A model generated the notes under the pieces. The model had not been told where the DNA came from, ran no database searches, and worked only from the letters and a program-made list of their open reading frames with translations. This document shows positions 28,533-38,343 of a DNA stretch of 64,000 nt, in pieces. The position numbers were made by a program, and so were the translations under genes. Source of the DNA: Thermoplasmatota archaeon (GTDB taxonomy: Archaea > Thermoplasmatota > JAKEGO01); NCBI GenBank assembly GCA_028279595.1, contig JANQNK010000001.1, positions 160,001 to 224,000 of the forward strand, given 5' to 3'. Each line of letters starts with the position of its first letter. Position 1 is the first letter of the stretch.

Positions 28533-29318
28533 TCATCTCTCGGATGCTATATTGAAAATAGCGTGTCGGGCCAGGTGTGCTGCCAACAATGATGTTATCC
28601 CAGTATCATATGGCGGGCAAACTTCGACGATATCTATCCCGGCTATCCGATTCCCAAGATGGGCAATGACGTCGTAGATTACCGTCGAAGGTAGACCATT
28701 GGGTTCGGGGTTGCCTACCCCCGGTGCTTCCGACGGATCTATCGCATCCATGTCTATGGTGATATAGGCTTTATCTGTCGATAGTACGGCGTCCAGGTCA
28801 ACCATCGAGAGGTCCATCGGCAGGGTGGTGACCGAGGTCTCGAAGTCTCCGGCCTCCTCTCTGGACATGGATCTGAGCCCGATGTGTATCACCTTGTGGC
28901 CCTGATCGACGAGCCTTCGCGCCACGGTCGCATGGCAGAACCTCTCTCCGAGGTATTCATCCCTGAAGTCGGCGTGGGCGTCGAAGTAGACAACGTCTAG
29001 ATCGTGTGCAGAGCATGCACCGACCGTTACGGTGTGCTCGCCCCCGAGCATGATGGGCATCTTGCCCGCTCCGAGGATCCTCTCAACGGTTTCGGCCACC
29101 TGATCAGGCTCGATGTCTCCCATGTCGTGGATGGGAACGTCGTCGAGGTCCACTCCGGTCTCGATGTCGTAGGTCTCGAAGTTGTACGAGGCCATCCTGA
29201 TGGCCATGGGAGCGAGTCGAGAGCCCTTCCGGTATGACGATGTCTCGTCTACCGGAACTCCGAAAATCACGAAGTCGGCTGCATCGAACTCGGCGTCCGC
29301 ATCCGCGAACAGTGTCAT
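28533..29318 (-). CDS. speB: Agmatinase
   Basis: GGEH, FDAHAD, H, TIDMD.IDP..APG. Conserved eIF5A-speB pairing. Confidence 0.92.
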   Translation of the reverse strand: MTLFADADAEFDAADFVIFGVPVDETSSYRKGSRLAPMAIRMASYNFETYDIETGVDLDDVPIHDMGDIEPDQVAETVERILGAGKMPIMLGGEHTVTVGACSAHDLDVVYFDAHADFRDEYLGERFCHATVARRLVDQGHKVIHIGLRSMSREEAGDFETSVTTLPMDLSMVDLDAVLSTDKAYITIDMDAIDPSEAPGVGNPEPNGLPSTVIYDVIAHLGNRIAGIDIVEVCPPYDTGITSLLAAHLARHAIFNIASER

Positions 29319-29321
29319 CGC

Positions 29322-29708
29322 TCAGACCCTCGAGATCATTCTCCTGCCGACAGCGTCGATGTACTGGACGTTCTCGCCTGGTACCATCTTGTCCTTGAAC
29401 TCGTCGGGGATCTCGATGTCGAATGTCTCGTAGTTCTCCAGGTCCATCAGCTGGGCGTTGGAACCGGAGAGTGACAGCACCTGGGCGGACCTCTTCTGGA
29501 TCATCGGGACCTGCACCTTGTGCTTGACCGGGTGGACGACGCTCCTCTTCTGGTTGTCGAATATCCCGATGGCCTCGATGCGGGCCTTGGCCTCACCGTG
29601 CTTCCCGGGTTTGGAAGTTGAAATAGCTGAGATCTTGCAGGGTTCTCCATCGATCATCATGTATCTGTTCACCCTGAGTTCACGAATCTCTGAAACCGTC
29701 ACTGACAT
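29322..29708 (-). CDS. eif5a: Translation factor aIF5A
   Basis: STSKPGKHGEAKAR hypusine loop; QLMDLENYETF. Confidence 0.97.
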   Translation of the reverse strand: MSVTVSEIRELRVNRYMMIDGEPCKISAISTSKPGKHGEAKARIEAIGIFDNQKRSVVHPVKHKVQVPMIQKRSAQVLSLSGSNAQLMDLENYETFDIEIPDEFKDKMVPGENVQYIDAVGRRMISRV

Positions 29709-29764
29709 TGACTCACCGGCAGAACAACCCGTGAGGAATATATAAAATATTTGGGAATCGCCCC

Positions 29765-31261
29765 TCACTTCATTCCAAGCGTTCTGCGGACCTTTCCGAG
29801 GACGGCCTCACGCTCCTTCGCTGCGAGAACCCCGAAGGACACTGCTATTCCCAGGACGGTGAACAGGAAGAGCGGGACCGCGATCAGCATGGTCAGCATC
29901 CTCATCCCCAGGACCGCCCTCAGTATGAAGAATTCACCCAGGCATGCGAGCGGTCCCAGGGTGATGAGCTTCAGGTATCCGGCGTCGAACGCATGGACCT
30001 TGGATCTGGTCACCACGTAACCGAACGTCAGCGAGGAATAGAGTGCAAGGGCGGTCGCGGTCGCGATCGCAGAACCTGTCGCACCGTAAAGGGGAATGAG
30101 CGCTATGTTGAGCGAGATGTTCGTGATCGCCCCAACCGCTGCCATGTACATCATCATCCTCACACGGCCCATGGCGAGCATCGTCTGGCCGGACGGTCCG
30201 ACGAGTATCCTAACGGTATGTCCGATGGCGAGTATCACGAGGATGATCCACGAGGACGAATATCCACCGTAGAGGAGATTGAGGACCTGAGCCGGGAACA
30301 GGAATACTATCATGATCGCCGGCAGCGTGAGTGTAGTTATCCATTTCGTTATCCTGATGTACGCCCTCTTCAGCCGTTCCATCCTCTTCTCGGCGTAGTA
30401 TTCGGACAGGATCGGGACGTAGATGAACATCATTCCGATGTACAGGATCGGGAGCTTCACCGCGATCCATTGCGCTGTGGTGAACGACGCCACCACCGAG
30501 GTGCTCTCGAACCTGCCGAGGAGGAGAATCGAGATCAATGCATTGGACGTCTGTAGAAGCTCCTGGCCGAGCAGGGGCAGCGAGAACGCGAGGAGCGCTG
30601 CATGCATCGGCACCCATGACCTCGCCTTCGGCCTGTGTGTGAAGAGGAACCCGATGGCAAGCAATGCCGAGATCCCGAACGCGGCCGCGTATGCAGCCGC
30701 GAAATGCTCAACAGGCGCGTCACGTGACCAGAGGAAGAGGAATGACCCAACTGCGAGAGCCCTTGGCAGCAGGTCGAAGAAGTAGACCTTCGGTCTGACG
30801 TCCTTCAGTCCGCGGAAGACCGCGCCGATCTGCATGATGACGATGTTCGCGGCCAGGTGGAGGCTGAACGCCTGGAACACGACCATCAATCTGTCGTCGT
30901 TGAAGACGAACTCGGCTAGAGGATAGGCCAGGGCGAAGAAACCCAGCGAGAGAACGACCGTCGATCCCGCGGTTATCCTCATCCCGCTCCTGATGACGCT
31001 GTTGACCCGCTTCTCGTCCCTCTTGCCTTTGTAGAAACCGATCTGTCTCGGGATGGCCCTCGCGAGACCGAGGCTGCCGATGGTGAGCAGAAGAAGGCTG
31101 AGAGCCTGCGCCAGCGTGAACATCCCGAACTCTGACTGGTCCACGCTCCTGGCCAGAACGAAAAGAACGATCACCGTGAGCCCGGCCTTGCCCGCCTCGG
31201 AGAAGGTGTTGATCCCGCCACCCTTCGCGATGGCCTTCATGTCCGACCCGGACCCGCTCAT
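29765..31261 (-). CDS. Oligosaccharide flippase (Wzx/MOP family)
   Basis: About 14 TMs; FG.F.LA, LG, LN..LIPLYGA.G.A.AT. Confidence 0.88.
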   Translation of the reverse strand: MSGSGSDMKAIAKGGGINTFSEAGKAGLTVIVLFVLARSVDQSEFGMFTLAQALSLLLLTIGSLGLARAIPRQIGFYKGKRDEKRVNSVIRSGMRITAGSTVVLSLGFFALAYPLAEFVFNDDRLMVVFQAFSLHLAANIVIMQIGAVFRGLKDVRPKVYFFDLLPRALAVGSFLFLWSRDAPVEHFAAAYAAAFGISALLAIGFLFTHRPKARSWVPMHAALLAFSLPLLGQELLQTSNALISILLLGRFESTSVVASFTTAQWIAVKLPILYIGMMFIYVPILSEYYAEKRMERLKRAYIRITKWITTLTLPAIMIVFLFPAQVLNLLYGGYSSSWIILVILAIGHTVRILVGPSGQTMLAMGRVRMMMYMAAVGAITNISLNIALIPLYGATGSAIATATALALYSSLTFGYVVTRSKVHAFDAGYLKLITLGPLACLGEFFILRAVLGMRMLTMLIAVPLFLFTVLGIAVSFGVLAAKEREAVLGKVRRTLGMK

Positions 31262-31372
31262 CGGACCCCGTACGGAATGTGCATTAATCTAGTTTTAGGA
31301 CCTCTGAAAAAGGTCTGGCCATCGGTTGGAGCAATACCAAACCTTTAAGAGATGTAGCGGGTTGGTCGAGCG

Positions 31373-33406
31373 ATGAAGGCCGTCGTACTGTTGACCTTCC
31401 TGCTGTTGTTCGCACTCCCGCAGGCAACCGCCCTTACCGCGACCATGGGAGATTCTACACCCAGTGTCGAGGTGGGAGAGACCAGCTCCATGACGATCAC
31501 CATATCGACCGACCTCCCATCCGACGTCAATATCACGATCGAGGGCATTTACTATCATCTGTACTTCCATTCGAACACGACCCGAGCGGAAATGGACATC
31601 GGTTCCTTGGACCGGGTGAGGGATGATACACTCCATTTCATAAACGTCAACGGATCGTTGAACGTTGCCATCCGTCTCGATGCGACCATGTGGACCCCAA
31701 GGGGCGAGCACGACGACCGGCGTACAATGAACATTACTGTTACTGACGGCGTCGAGACCCACGAACTCAACGCCACCCTCAGGGTCTACCACGACTGGGA
31801 GACCGACGTCAACGGACTCAAGTTCTTCCTCGCACTCTTCCCTCTGATTTCGATCTTCGTCGGTATCGCATTCCTGAAAAGGGACGGGATGTCCATGTCG
31901 GTCATCGGATGGCTGATCGCCGCGGTACTGGCCGCCGGCTTCTTCCACACTCCAGGAGATGTCATCGCCGGGGCTACCGTCATCGGCATCCTCAAGGCCT
32001 TTGGCATCAGCATCGCCGTCCTGTTCACCATGCTCATGATCTTCATCATGAAGGAGGTCGGCGCCCTTGACACGATCTCCGACGTGATCAAGCGGATCGT
32101 GAGAACCAAGGAGGAGCAGGCCCTCTTCATCGGGATCGGCTTCGGATCCTTCCTGACATCACTTGGTGTCACAACTCCTGCGATGTTCCCGCCCCTGCTA
32201 CTCGCGATGGGATTCTCCCCGTTCGCGGCGGTCATGATCTCGGTCCTCGGCTACAACGCGACGACCTCGTTTGCATTGCTTTCGATCCCGGTGACGATTC
32301 CAGCGGAGATCGGCGGGATCGACGCTGAACTCCTCGCCTGGAAGATATCGCTCTTCCTGCCGGTCCTTTCCGTCATGTTGTCCTTCGCCATGCTCTACCT
32401 CCTTGGGGGGAAGAAATCGGTGAAGAAGGGGTTCGTACCCGCGATACTTACTGGCCTGGCAGTTGCACTATCCTGTCTCCTTTTCGTCTGGAGTGCATTG
32501 CACCCTCTTGTCATCGGCGGTGTCAGCATCTACGTTCCGCTCAGGATCGTTGGTGTGCTGGCCGGCCTGGTGGCAATGGCAACCATCTACATCTACCACA
32601 GGGTGAAGTTCGGCAAACCGAAGCGGTCCAGGAAGCGGAAGAAGATAGACAAGCGGGTGGCGTTCATCGCATTCTTCCCGTGGATCGTACTGACGATCCT
32701 CGCGGCGATCACCAGCGTGAACGAGGTCCAGCTATGGCTCGAGGACCTCCTGGGGAACGCGGAGGTCATCTCCGTCTTCGCCGACCAGAAGGTCGACCTG
32801 AACATTCTCTCACAGATCTATACCTGGATACTCGTTGCGACCATAGCGTCCATTCCTGTCCTGAAGCCGACCAAGAAGCAGCTGAACACTGCCTTCACAC
32901 TCTGGCTCCAGCGGGGCTGGAAGCCGTTCGTCGCGTTCAGCATGTACTTCGCCATCGCTTACATCATGTTCTTCTCGGGGCTCGAGGTCGTCAGCGGCGC
33001 TCTGGTCCCATCCGAGCATTACGTCCAGTACAACATGAACCTGATCCTGGGAACCAGCCTCGCCGTGGCCTTCGGCACCGGATTCGTCTACGTCGCAGGA
33101 TCTCTCGGTGTGTTCGGCGCGTTCGTCGGCGGTTCGGAGACGGCGAGCAACGTCATGTTCCTCGGGGTCCAGAGGAGCGCAACGGACCAGACGGGAACCG
33201 ACTTCATGACCGCCTACGGGGCACATGCGGCCGCAGGTGGGATCGCCAGCGCCATCACCCCGGCGAAGATAACCAATGCCGTCGTCCTCATCGGCGAGGA
33301 CAAGGCGCTGGAAGCGAAGGTGATGCGCTCCAACACGCTCTTCGTGATACTCTCCACCATCGCCATCGGCATCATGACTGCGCTGTTCATCTCGTTGAAC
33401 CTCTGA
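31373..33406 (+). CDS. L-lactate permease (LctP) family with an extra N-terminal secreted domain
   Basis: P.LLAMGFSPF.A, LG..GAFVGGSETASN..F..VQ, GG..SAITPAK. About 140-aa N-terminal extension beginning with a signal peptide. Confidence 0.82.
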   Translation: MKAVVLLTFLLLFALPQATALTATMGDSTPSVEVGETSSMTITISTDLPSDVNITIEGIYYHLYFHSNTTRAEMDIGSLDRVRDDTLHFINVNGSLNVAIRLDATMWTPRGEHDDRRTMNITVTDGVETHELNATLRVYHDWETDVNGLKFFLALFPLISIFVGIAFLKRDGMSMSVIGWLIAAVLAAGFFHTPGDVIAGATVIGILKAFGISIAVLFTMLMIFIMKEVGALDTISDVIKRIVRTKEEQALFIGIGFGSFLTSLGVTTPAMFPPLLLAMGFSPFAAVMISVLGYNATTSFALLSIPVTIPAEIGGIDAELLAWKISLFLPVLSVMLSFAMLYLLGGKKSVKKGFVPAILTGLAVALSCLLFVWSALHPLVIGGVSIYVPLRIVGVLAGLVAMATIYIYHRVKFGKPKRSRKRKKIDKRVAFIAFFPWIVLTILAAITSVNEVQLWLEDLLGNAEVISVFADQKVDLNILSQIYTWILVATIASIPVLKPTKKQLNTAFTLWLQRGWKPFVAFSMYFAIAYIMFFSGLEVVSGALVPSEHYVQYNMNLILGTSLAVAFGTGFVYVAGSLGVFGAFVGGSETASNVMFLGVQRSATDQTGTDFMTAYGAHAAAGGIASAITPAKITNAVVLIGEDKALEAKVMRSNTLFVILSTIAIGIMTALFISLNL

Positions 33407-33410
33407 ACGG

Positions 33411-33450
33411 GCGCTCGTCCCCGAGCCAATCGGGGGACAACGCGTGTCAC
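33411..33450. repeat. REP-like hairpin element, copy 2
   Basis: GCGCTC-GTCCCC..GGGGAC-AACGCGTGTCAC. Confidence 0.7.
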
Positions 33451-33515
33451 TAATATCACCCTTGGCGGTGGTCGGTCCGGTAAAATTATCTAATGTCATC
33501 GCCTTATCCGGGCCG

Positions 33516-34082
33516 ATGGCCGAACCGATGGTACTGCTCGGAGCCGCCCTTACGGGATTCTGGCTCTTCTTCCCGGCCTACCTGGCCAATCCCTCCGCCG
33601 TTCTGTCAGGTCACGGCACGCCCGTCGACTTCGGCAGGTCGATGGGAGGAAAGCGCATCCTCGGCGACGGCAAGACGTGGTGGGGCCTGATAGGCGGCAC
33701 TCTCTCGGGCGGTTTCATCGGCGTCATCCAGATGTTGATCGGAGGACCGACCGGCCTTCCGACCTTCGGCACCACACTCTTTGCTATGATGATACCATTC
33801 GTGTTGGCCTTCGGTTCACTGTTCGGCGACATGCTCGGCTCCTTCATCAAACGCAGACTCGACGTCGAACGGGGTGCGAAGGCGCCGATACTCGATCAGT
33901 ACGATTTCGTGATCGGAGCTTTCATCGTCGGGCTGATATTCATTCCGGGATTCATGATCGATACCTATCTGGCCGGGACCGCGATCGCCGGTCTGGTCAT
34001 GCTATTGGTCGTGACTCCACCTCTCCACCGGGCTGTCAACATCGTCGGCTACAAGACCGGGCAGAAGGACGTTCCCTGGTAG
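33516..34082 (+). CDS. carS: CDP-archaeol synthase
   Basis: PAYLAN, PVDFG, RILGDGKTW.G, GD..GSFIKRR, P.LDQYDF, N..GY..G.K.VPW. Confidence 0.95.
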   Translation: MAEPMVLLGAALTGFWLFFPAYLANPSAVLSGHGTPVDFGRSMGGKRILGDGKTWWGLIGGTLSGGFIGVIQMLIGGPTGLPTFGTTLFAMMIPFVLAFGSLFGDMLGSFIKRRLDVERGAKAPILDQYDFVIGAFIVGLIFIPGFMIDTYLAGTAIAGLVMLLVVTPPLHRAVNIVGYKTGQKDVPW

Positions 34083-34122
34083 AGCTGACGCTGGACCAGT
34101 AGATCTTCAGAAATAGTTCTGA

Positions 34123-34296
34123 TCAGATCCATCCTTTGTTCGCGAACTCCACTATCACGATCGACGCGATGCAAAAACCAACTACCAGCCGCGGATCGAT
34201 CTTCAGGGCCTTGGCGTCCTCTGCGTCGAAGTACCGGATGAGTCCAGCGGCAGAGTGGAAGCCTTCCCCCTTCTTCTCCTTTCGCGGTGGTGCCAT
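34123..34296 (-). CDS. secG: Preprotein translocase Sec61beta/SecG
   Basis: [14 protein letters not shown]...KIDP followed by one TM. Confidence 0.92.
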   Translation of the reverse strand: MAPPRKEKKGEGFHSAAGLIRYFDAEDAKALKIDPRLVVGFCIASIVIVEFANKGWI

Positions 34297-34402
34297 GTCG
34301 ACCGAGAGCCCATTCTGACTTGCATTATATAAATCTATCTGGGGAACGACATCCCATACAGTCCCAGGGCACCACCGCTCCCCTAGCAATCCTTATTAAT
34401 CA

Positions 34403-34450
34403 TTACATTATATCTGCAATGTAACTACAATGTAGTCACAAGTGGTAACT
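34403..34450 (+). promoter_or_regulatory. Operator-like boxes at the head of the bzd operon
   Basis: IR TTACATT-N8-AATGTAA (34403-34424), palindrome ACTACA-A-TGTAGT (34424-34436), and 11-bp direct repeats CAATGTAACTA / CAATGTAGTCA. Confidence 0.6.
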
Positions 34451-34591
34451 ATGGCAGTCGAGAGGGTGAAGTTCGAGGTCTACGGGCAGGAGATGCTGGA
34501 GAAGGAGGTAAAACCCTCCGGGAACTCCGGCAGGGTGTACCTGCCCCCTGACTGGGTCGGGAAGCATGTGAAGATAATCAGGGTAGAGTGA
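34451..34591 (+). CDS. DUF2080-family small protein (AbrB-like), 46 aa, not in the ORF track
   Basis: MAVERVKFEVYGQEMLEKEVKPSGNSGRVYLPPDWVGKHVKIIRVE; K.VK..GNSG...LP..W.GK.V signature. Confidence 0.8.
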   Translation: MAVERVKFEVYGQEMLEKEVKPSGNSGRVYLPPDWVGKHVKIIRVE

Positions 34592-34592
34592 G

Positions 34593-35045
34593 GTGGCAGG
34601 TTTGGCAAAATATACGATCAGGACGATGCGGCTCGATGACATCGACGCCATCGTCGATATACAGAAGGCCCTAGTGAAGAGGAGCGCGACCAGGCGATGG
34701 CGTAAGGCCCTCAAGGTCTACATCGAGACCGAGCCGAAGGCCTGTCTTGTGGCTACGTTCAAGGGGAAGCCCATCGGCTTCATCATCGGCGACGTCAAGA
34801 CGTGGGGATTCGGCATGCGCCATTCCGGTTGGATCGAGATAATCGGGATACATCCGAAGCACATGGGCACAGGAGTTGGACGCGACCTCGGGAAGCGCCT
34901 GCTGCGCTACTTCAGGTCGATGGAGGTGGACGGCATCTACACCGCCGTCCGATGGGACTCCGGCGACCTGCTATCGTTCTTCAAGTCGATCGGTTTCGAG
35001 CATTCGGGGTTCCTGAACCTCGAACATTCAGGATCGAAGAGGTGA
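34593..35045 (+). CDS. Stand-alone GNAT acetyltransferase (GTG start)
   Basis: IR.M...D, GWIEIIGIHPKHMGTGVG, FFKSIGF. Confidence 0.85.
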   Translation: MAGLAKYTIRTMRLDDIDAIVDIQKALVKRSATRRWRKALKVYIETEPKACLVATFKGKPIGFIIGDVKTWGFGMRHSGWIEIIGIHPKHMGTGVGRDLGKRLLRYFRSMEVDGIYTAVRWDSGDLLSFFKSIGFEHSGFLNLEHSGSKR

Positions 35046-35072
35046 TACAGTAACGAATAATGGAGGGATCGG

Positions 35073-36197
35073 ATGATTGAGAAGTTCAAGGATTGGGAAC
35101 AGAACCGGCATGAATATGCCAAGGAATGGAAGGAACGCACCGGGGGGAAGGTGATGGGCTGCTTCTGCACATATGTGCCCGAGGAAGTGCTCTACGCCGC
35201 GGGCGTGCTTCCGGTCAGGATCCTGGGAAGCCATGAGCCCCAGGACGTGACCGAGCCGCACATCTTCGGGATGTTCTGTCCCTTCTGCAGGGACTGCCTG
35301 GCGCAGGGTCTGAAGGGACGATACGACTACCTCAACGGGATAATGATCGCACAATCGTGCCTGCACATCAGACAGACCTTCTGGAGCTGGCAGAAGCACG
35401 TGGAAGGCCTGGAATACTCGAAGTTCTTCATAATGCCCCACAAGGTGCAGAGCAAGGACGCGCCCGAGTTCCTAAGGGGAGAGATCGAGGAGTTCGTTGC
35501 GGAGGTCGAGGAGTGGACGGGCAAGAAGATCACGGACGAGGCCCTCGACAACGCCATTGCGGTCTACAACAAGAACCGCGAGCTGATGAGGAAGCTCTAC
35601 GACCTCCGGAAGGACCCGAACCCGCCGATATCCGGCGAGGAGGTCATGGAGATCAGCATGGCCATGGAGATGGTCGACAAGGCGGAACACAATGCGGCCC
35701 TTGAGGAGCTTTTAGAATGGCTTCCGTCGAGGACCGACAAACCCTCCGGAACCCGGCTGATGATCGTGGGGTCCGAGGACGACGACATAACGTTCCTCAA
35801 CATGGTCGAGACCTCAGGGGGCTTGTTCGTCGTGGACGACCACTGCACCGGGAGCCGCTACTTCTGGAACCAGGTCGAACCGGCCGAGGACAGGCTGATG
35901 GCCATCGCCCAGAGGTACATCGACCGGCCGCCATGTCCGACGAAGGACTGGGAGGAGAGGAAACGGCTTCCCCACATCGTCGGCCTGGCCAAGGATTGGG
36001 ACGTTGCCGGCGCGATAATCATGCAGCAGAAGTTCTGCGACCCGCACGAACTGGATTTCGTGGCTGTGAAGAAGGCCCTCGAGGACGCAGGCGTTCCGAC
36101 GCTCTTCCTCGAGTTCGACGTGACCGTGCCCATAGGGCAGTTCAAGATCAGGGTCGAGGCATTCCTCGAGATGATCGGAGATGAGGACCTGTTCTGA
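35073..36197 (+). CDS. bzdN: Benzoyl-CoA reductase, Bzd-type, subunit N
   Basis: GCFCTYVPEE, EPHIFGMFCPFCRDCLAQGL.G.Y, DDHCTGSRY, RPPCPTKD, QQKFCDPHE. Confidence 0.9.
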   Translation: MIEKFKDWEQNRHEYAKEWKERTGGKVMGCFCTYVPEEVLYAAGVLPVRILGSHEPQDVTEPHIFGMFCPFCRDCLAQGLKGRYDYLNGIMIAQSCLHIRQTFWSWQKHVEGLEYSKFFIMPHKVQSKDAPEFLRGEIEEFVAEVEEWTGKKITDEALDNAIAVYNKNRELMRKLYDLRKDPNPPISGEEVMEISMAMEMVDKAEHNAALEELLEWLPSRTDKPSGTRLMIVGSEDDDITFLNMVETSGGLFVVDDHCTGSRYFWNQVEPAEDRLMAIAQRYIDRPPCPTKDWEERKRLPHIVGLAKDWDVAGAIIMQQKFCDPHELDFVAVKKALEDAGVPTLFLEFDVTVPIGQFKIRVEAFLEMIGDEDLF

Positions 36198-36209
36198 GGT
36201 GGTGATGAT

Positions 36210-37550
36210 ATGGAAGATCTGTATCCGACCGAGAAATTGAAGTGCTGGAACGAATCGAAGGACCTCAGGATGAAGTATTACCAGGACTACGCCGAGGCAC
36301 ACGATAACGGAGGACTGAGATGGGCCGGAGGCGCCTGGACGTTCGACGCGATCCCCGCGGGGCTGGGAGACGACGTCTATCCGATAACAAGCGAGCCTTA
36401 CGGCGCCACCCTGGCATTCGACAAGGAACTCTCGCTGAAATGTCTCGAAGCGACCGAGGTGAAAGGCTATCCGCGCGACCTCTGCTCGTACATGCGCAAC
36501 TACTGGGGTTCCATCATTACGGACACGTTCGCATTCGGCTACGACGCCGAGGGGAACTTCCAGCCGAGGTTCCTGGACGGCGTCGAGCCCCTGGGATTCC
36601 CGAAGCCCGACTTCATCTGGCAGGACCACATCTGCTGCTCGCACGCGAAGTGGTACCAGGTCGTGTCCGAGCTGGAGGGTGGCATCCCCGCATATTCCGT
36701 CGACAACGCCGTGGGACCCTCCCACGAGATCAACGACCGGAAGATCAAGTTCGTCGTGGAACAGCTGAAGGAAGGCATCGAGTTCCTCGTCAAGACCACG
36801 GGACGGGATTACGACGACGAGCTACTTTACAAGGCTATCAGGAACCACTTCGTCTCGACGTCGAAGTGGGCGGAGATCTGTGAACTGAACAAGAACATCC
36901 CGGCTCCCTTGGACGAGAAATCGATCTACTCCCTGTATGTCTTCGGGACGCTCCAGAAGGCGGGAGCGCAGGTTGCGAACTTCTACGAGAACGTCCTCCT
37001 GCCGGAGGTGCAGGACAGGGTCAGGCGCGGTATCGCCGCTGTGCCCACAGAGAAGTTCCGTGTCATGTCCGACACACAACCGCCGTGGAGCTTCCTGAGC
37101 ATCTTCCGTTATCTGGAGGAGTACGGCTGCGTTTCGGTGGGGTCTCTCTACACATTCGGTCTCCTTGGTCAGTGGGAGGACAAGCCCGACGGGACCTGGG
37201 GCCCGAAGACGATACCTGACACAAACTTCTCGTCCCGGGACGAGGCGCTCTACGAGTACGTGAAGTACGAGCTGCACAAGCCGGAGTGGCAGCACTTCTA
37301 CTCCTGCCATCAGAAGAGCGACATGATGATACGTATCGCCAGGGAATGGCAGCTGTCGGGAGTGATGCTTCACTACAACCGCGGCTGCGAGGGCCTGAGC
37401 ATCGGTATCGCCGAGAACCGTCTGGCGCTGATCGACGCGGGCTTCCCGGTCATGGCGTTCGAGGGCAACAACGCGGACGAGAGGGAGTTCGACCAGGCCC
37501 GGACCAAGGCCAAGATAGACGCGTTCATGGAGACGCTGGGGGCCAAGTGA
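36210..37550 (+). CDS. bzdO: Benzoyl-CoA reductase, Bzd-type, subunit O
   Basis: YPTE.LKCW, RWAGGAW, TSEPYGA, RDLCSYMRNYWGS, QDHICCSHAKW, HYNRGCEG. Confidence 0.9.
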   Translation: MEDLYPTEKLKCWNESKDLRMKYYQDYAEAHDNGGLRWAGGAWTFDAIPAGLGDDVYPITSEPYGATLAFDKELSLKCLEATEVKGYPRDLCSYMRNYWGSIITDTFAFGYDAEGNFQPRFLDGVEPLGFPKPDFIWQDHICCSHAKWYQVVSELEGGIPAYSVDNAVGPSHEINDRKIKFVVEQLKEGIEFLVKTTGRDYDDELLYKAIRNHFVSTSKWAEICELNKNIPAPLDEKSIYSLYVFGTLQKAGAQVANFYENVLLPEVQDRVRRGIAAVPTEKFRVMSDTQPPWSFLSIFRYLEEYGCVSVGSLYTFGLLGQWEDKPDGTWGPKTIPDTNFSSRDEALYEYVKYELHKPEWQHFYSCHQKSDMMIRIAREWQLSGVMLHYNRGCEGLSIGIAENRLALIDAGFPVMAFEGNNADEREFDQARTKAKIDAFMETLGAK

Positions 37551-37562
37551 GAGGTGAGATGA

Positions 37563-38342
37563 ATGATCACAATGGGAATAGACATGGGTGCGAAGAACAT
37601 CAAGGTCGTCGTTCTGAGGGACGACGAGATCATTGGGAAATCCCTGGTCACCGCCGGGTTCGACGTGGAGCCTGCGGCCAACGAGGCCATCGACAAGGCC
37701 CTGGAGGCCGCGGGTGTGACACGCGACGAGGTCGATAAGACCGTGTCAACCGGTGCCGGCGAGAAGCAGGCCCCGATGTTCGATGAGACGAAATCGATGG
37801 TCGGTTGCGACTCGCTCGGAGCTGTCTACCTCCACCCCGCCGCCCGTAGCGTCATCGACGTCGGGGCAGAGGAGGGTCGGGGCATGCGGTGCGACGAGAC
37901 CGGAAAGATCCTGGATTTCGAGGTGAACGAGAAGTGCGCCGCCGGCGCTGGAGCCTTCACTGAGGCCATGTCGAGGGCCCTTGAGGTCCAGCTCGAGGAG
38001 CTCGGGCCGTTGTCCCTCGAGGCCGACGAGGAGGTCCCGATGAACGCGCAGTGCACTGTCTTCGCGGAGTCGGAGGTCGTGACCATGGTGCACAACAACA
38101 TTTCGAAAGCGAACATGGCGAAGGCCGTCCACGATGCAATGGCGAGCCGGATAACCTCCATGGTGAGGAAGATCGGGTTCAACAAGGACGTGGTCCTGGT
38201 TGGCGGCGTTGCCCGCAACATCGGCTTCGTCACGTCGCTGAACTCGGACCTCGAGCTCGAGGTCGTGGTTCCTGAGGACCCGGAGTTCGTCGGAGCACTG
38301 GGAGCGGCGCTTGCCGCCTCAGGATGGAAGGGAGGTGCTTGA
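37563..38342 (+). CDS. bzdP: Benzoyl-CoA reductase activase subunit P
   Basis: GIDMG, IDVGAEEGR, NEKCAAGAGAF, NAQCTVFAESE, GALGAA. Confidence 0.88.
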   Translation: MITMGIDMGAKNIKVVVLRDDEIIGKSLVTAGFDVEPAANEAIDKALEAAGVTRDEVDKTVSTGAGEKQAPMFDETKSMVGCDSLGAVYLHPAARSVIDVGAEEGRGMRCDETGKILDFEVNEKCAAGAGAFTEAMSRALEVQLEELGPLSLEADEEVPMNAQCTVFAESEVVTMVHNNISKANMAKAVHDAMASRITSMVRKIGFNKDVVLVGGVARNIGFVTSLNSDLELEVVVPEDPEFVGALGAALAASGWKGGA

Positions 38343-38343
38343 A

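Noticed and set aside
34451-34591. Transposon, from the DUF2080 label
   Set aside because: No transposase, TnpB, terminal repeats or target-site duplication is visible.
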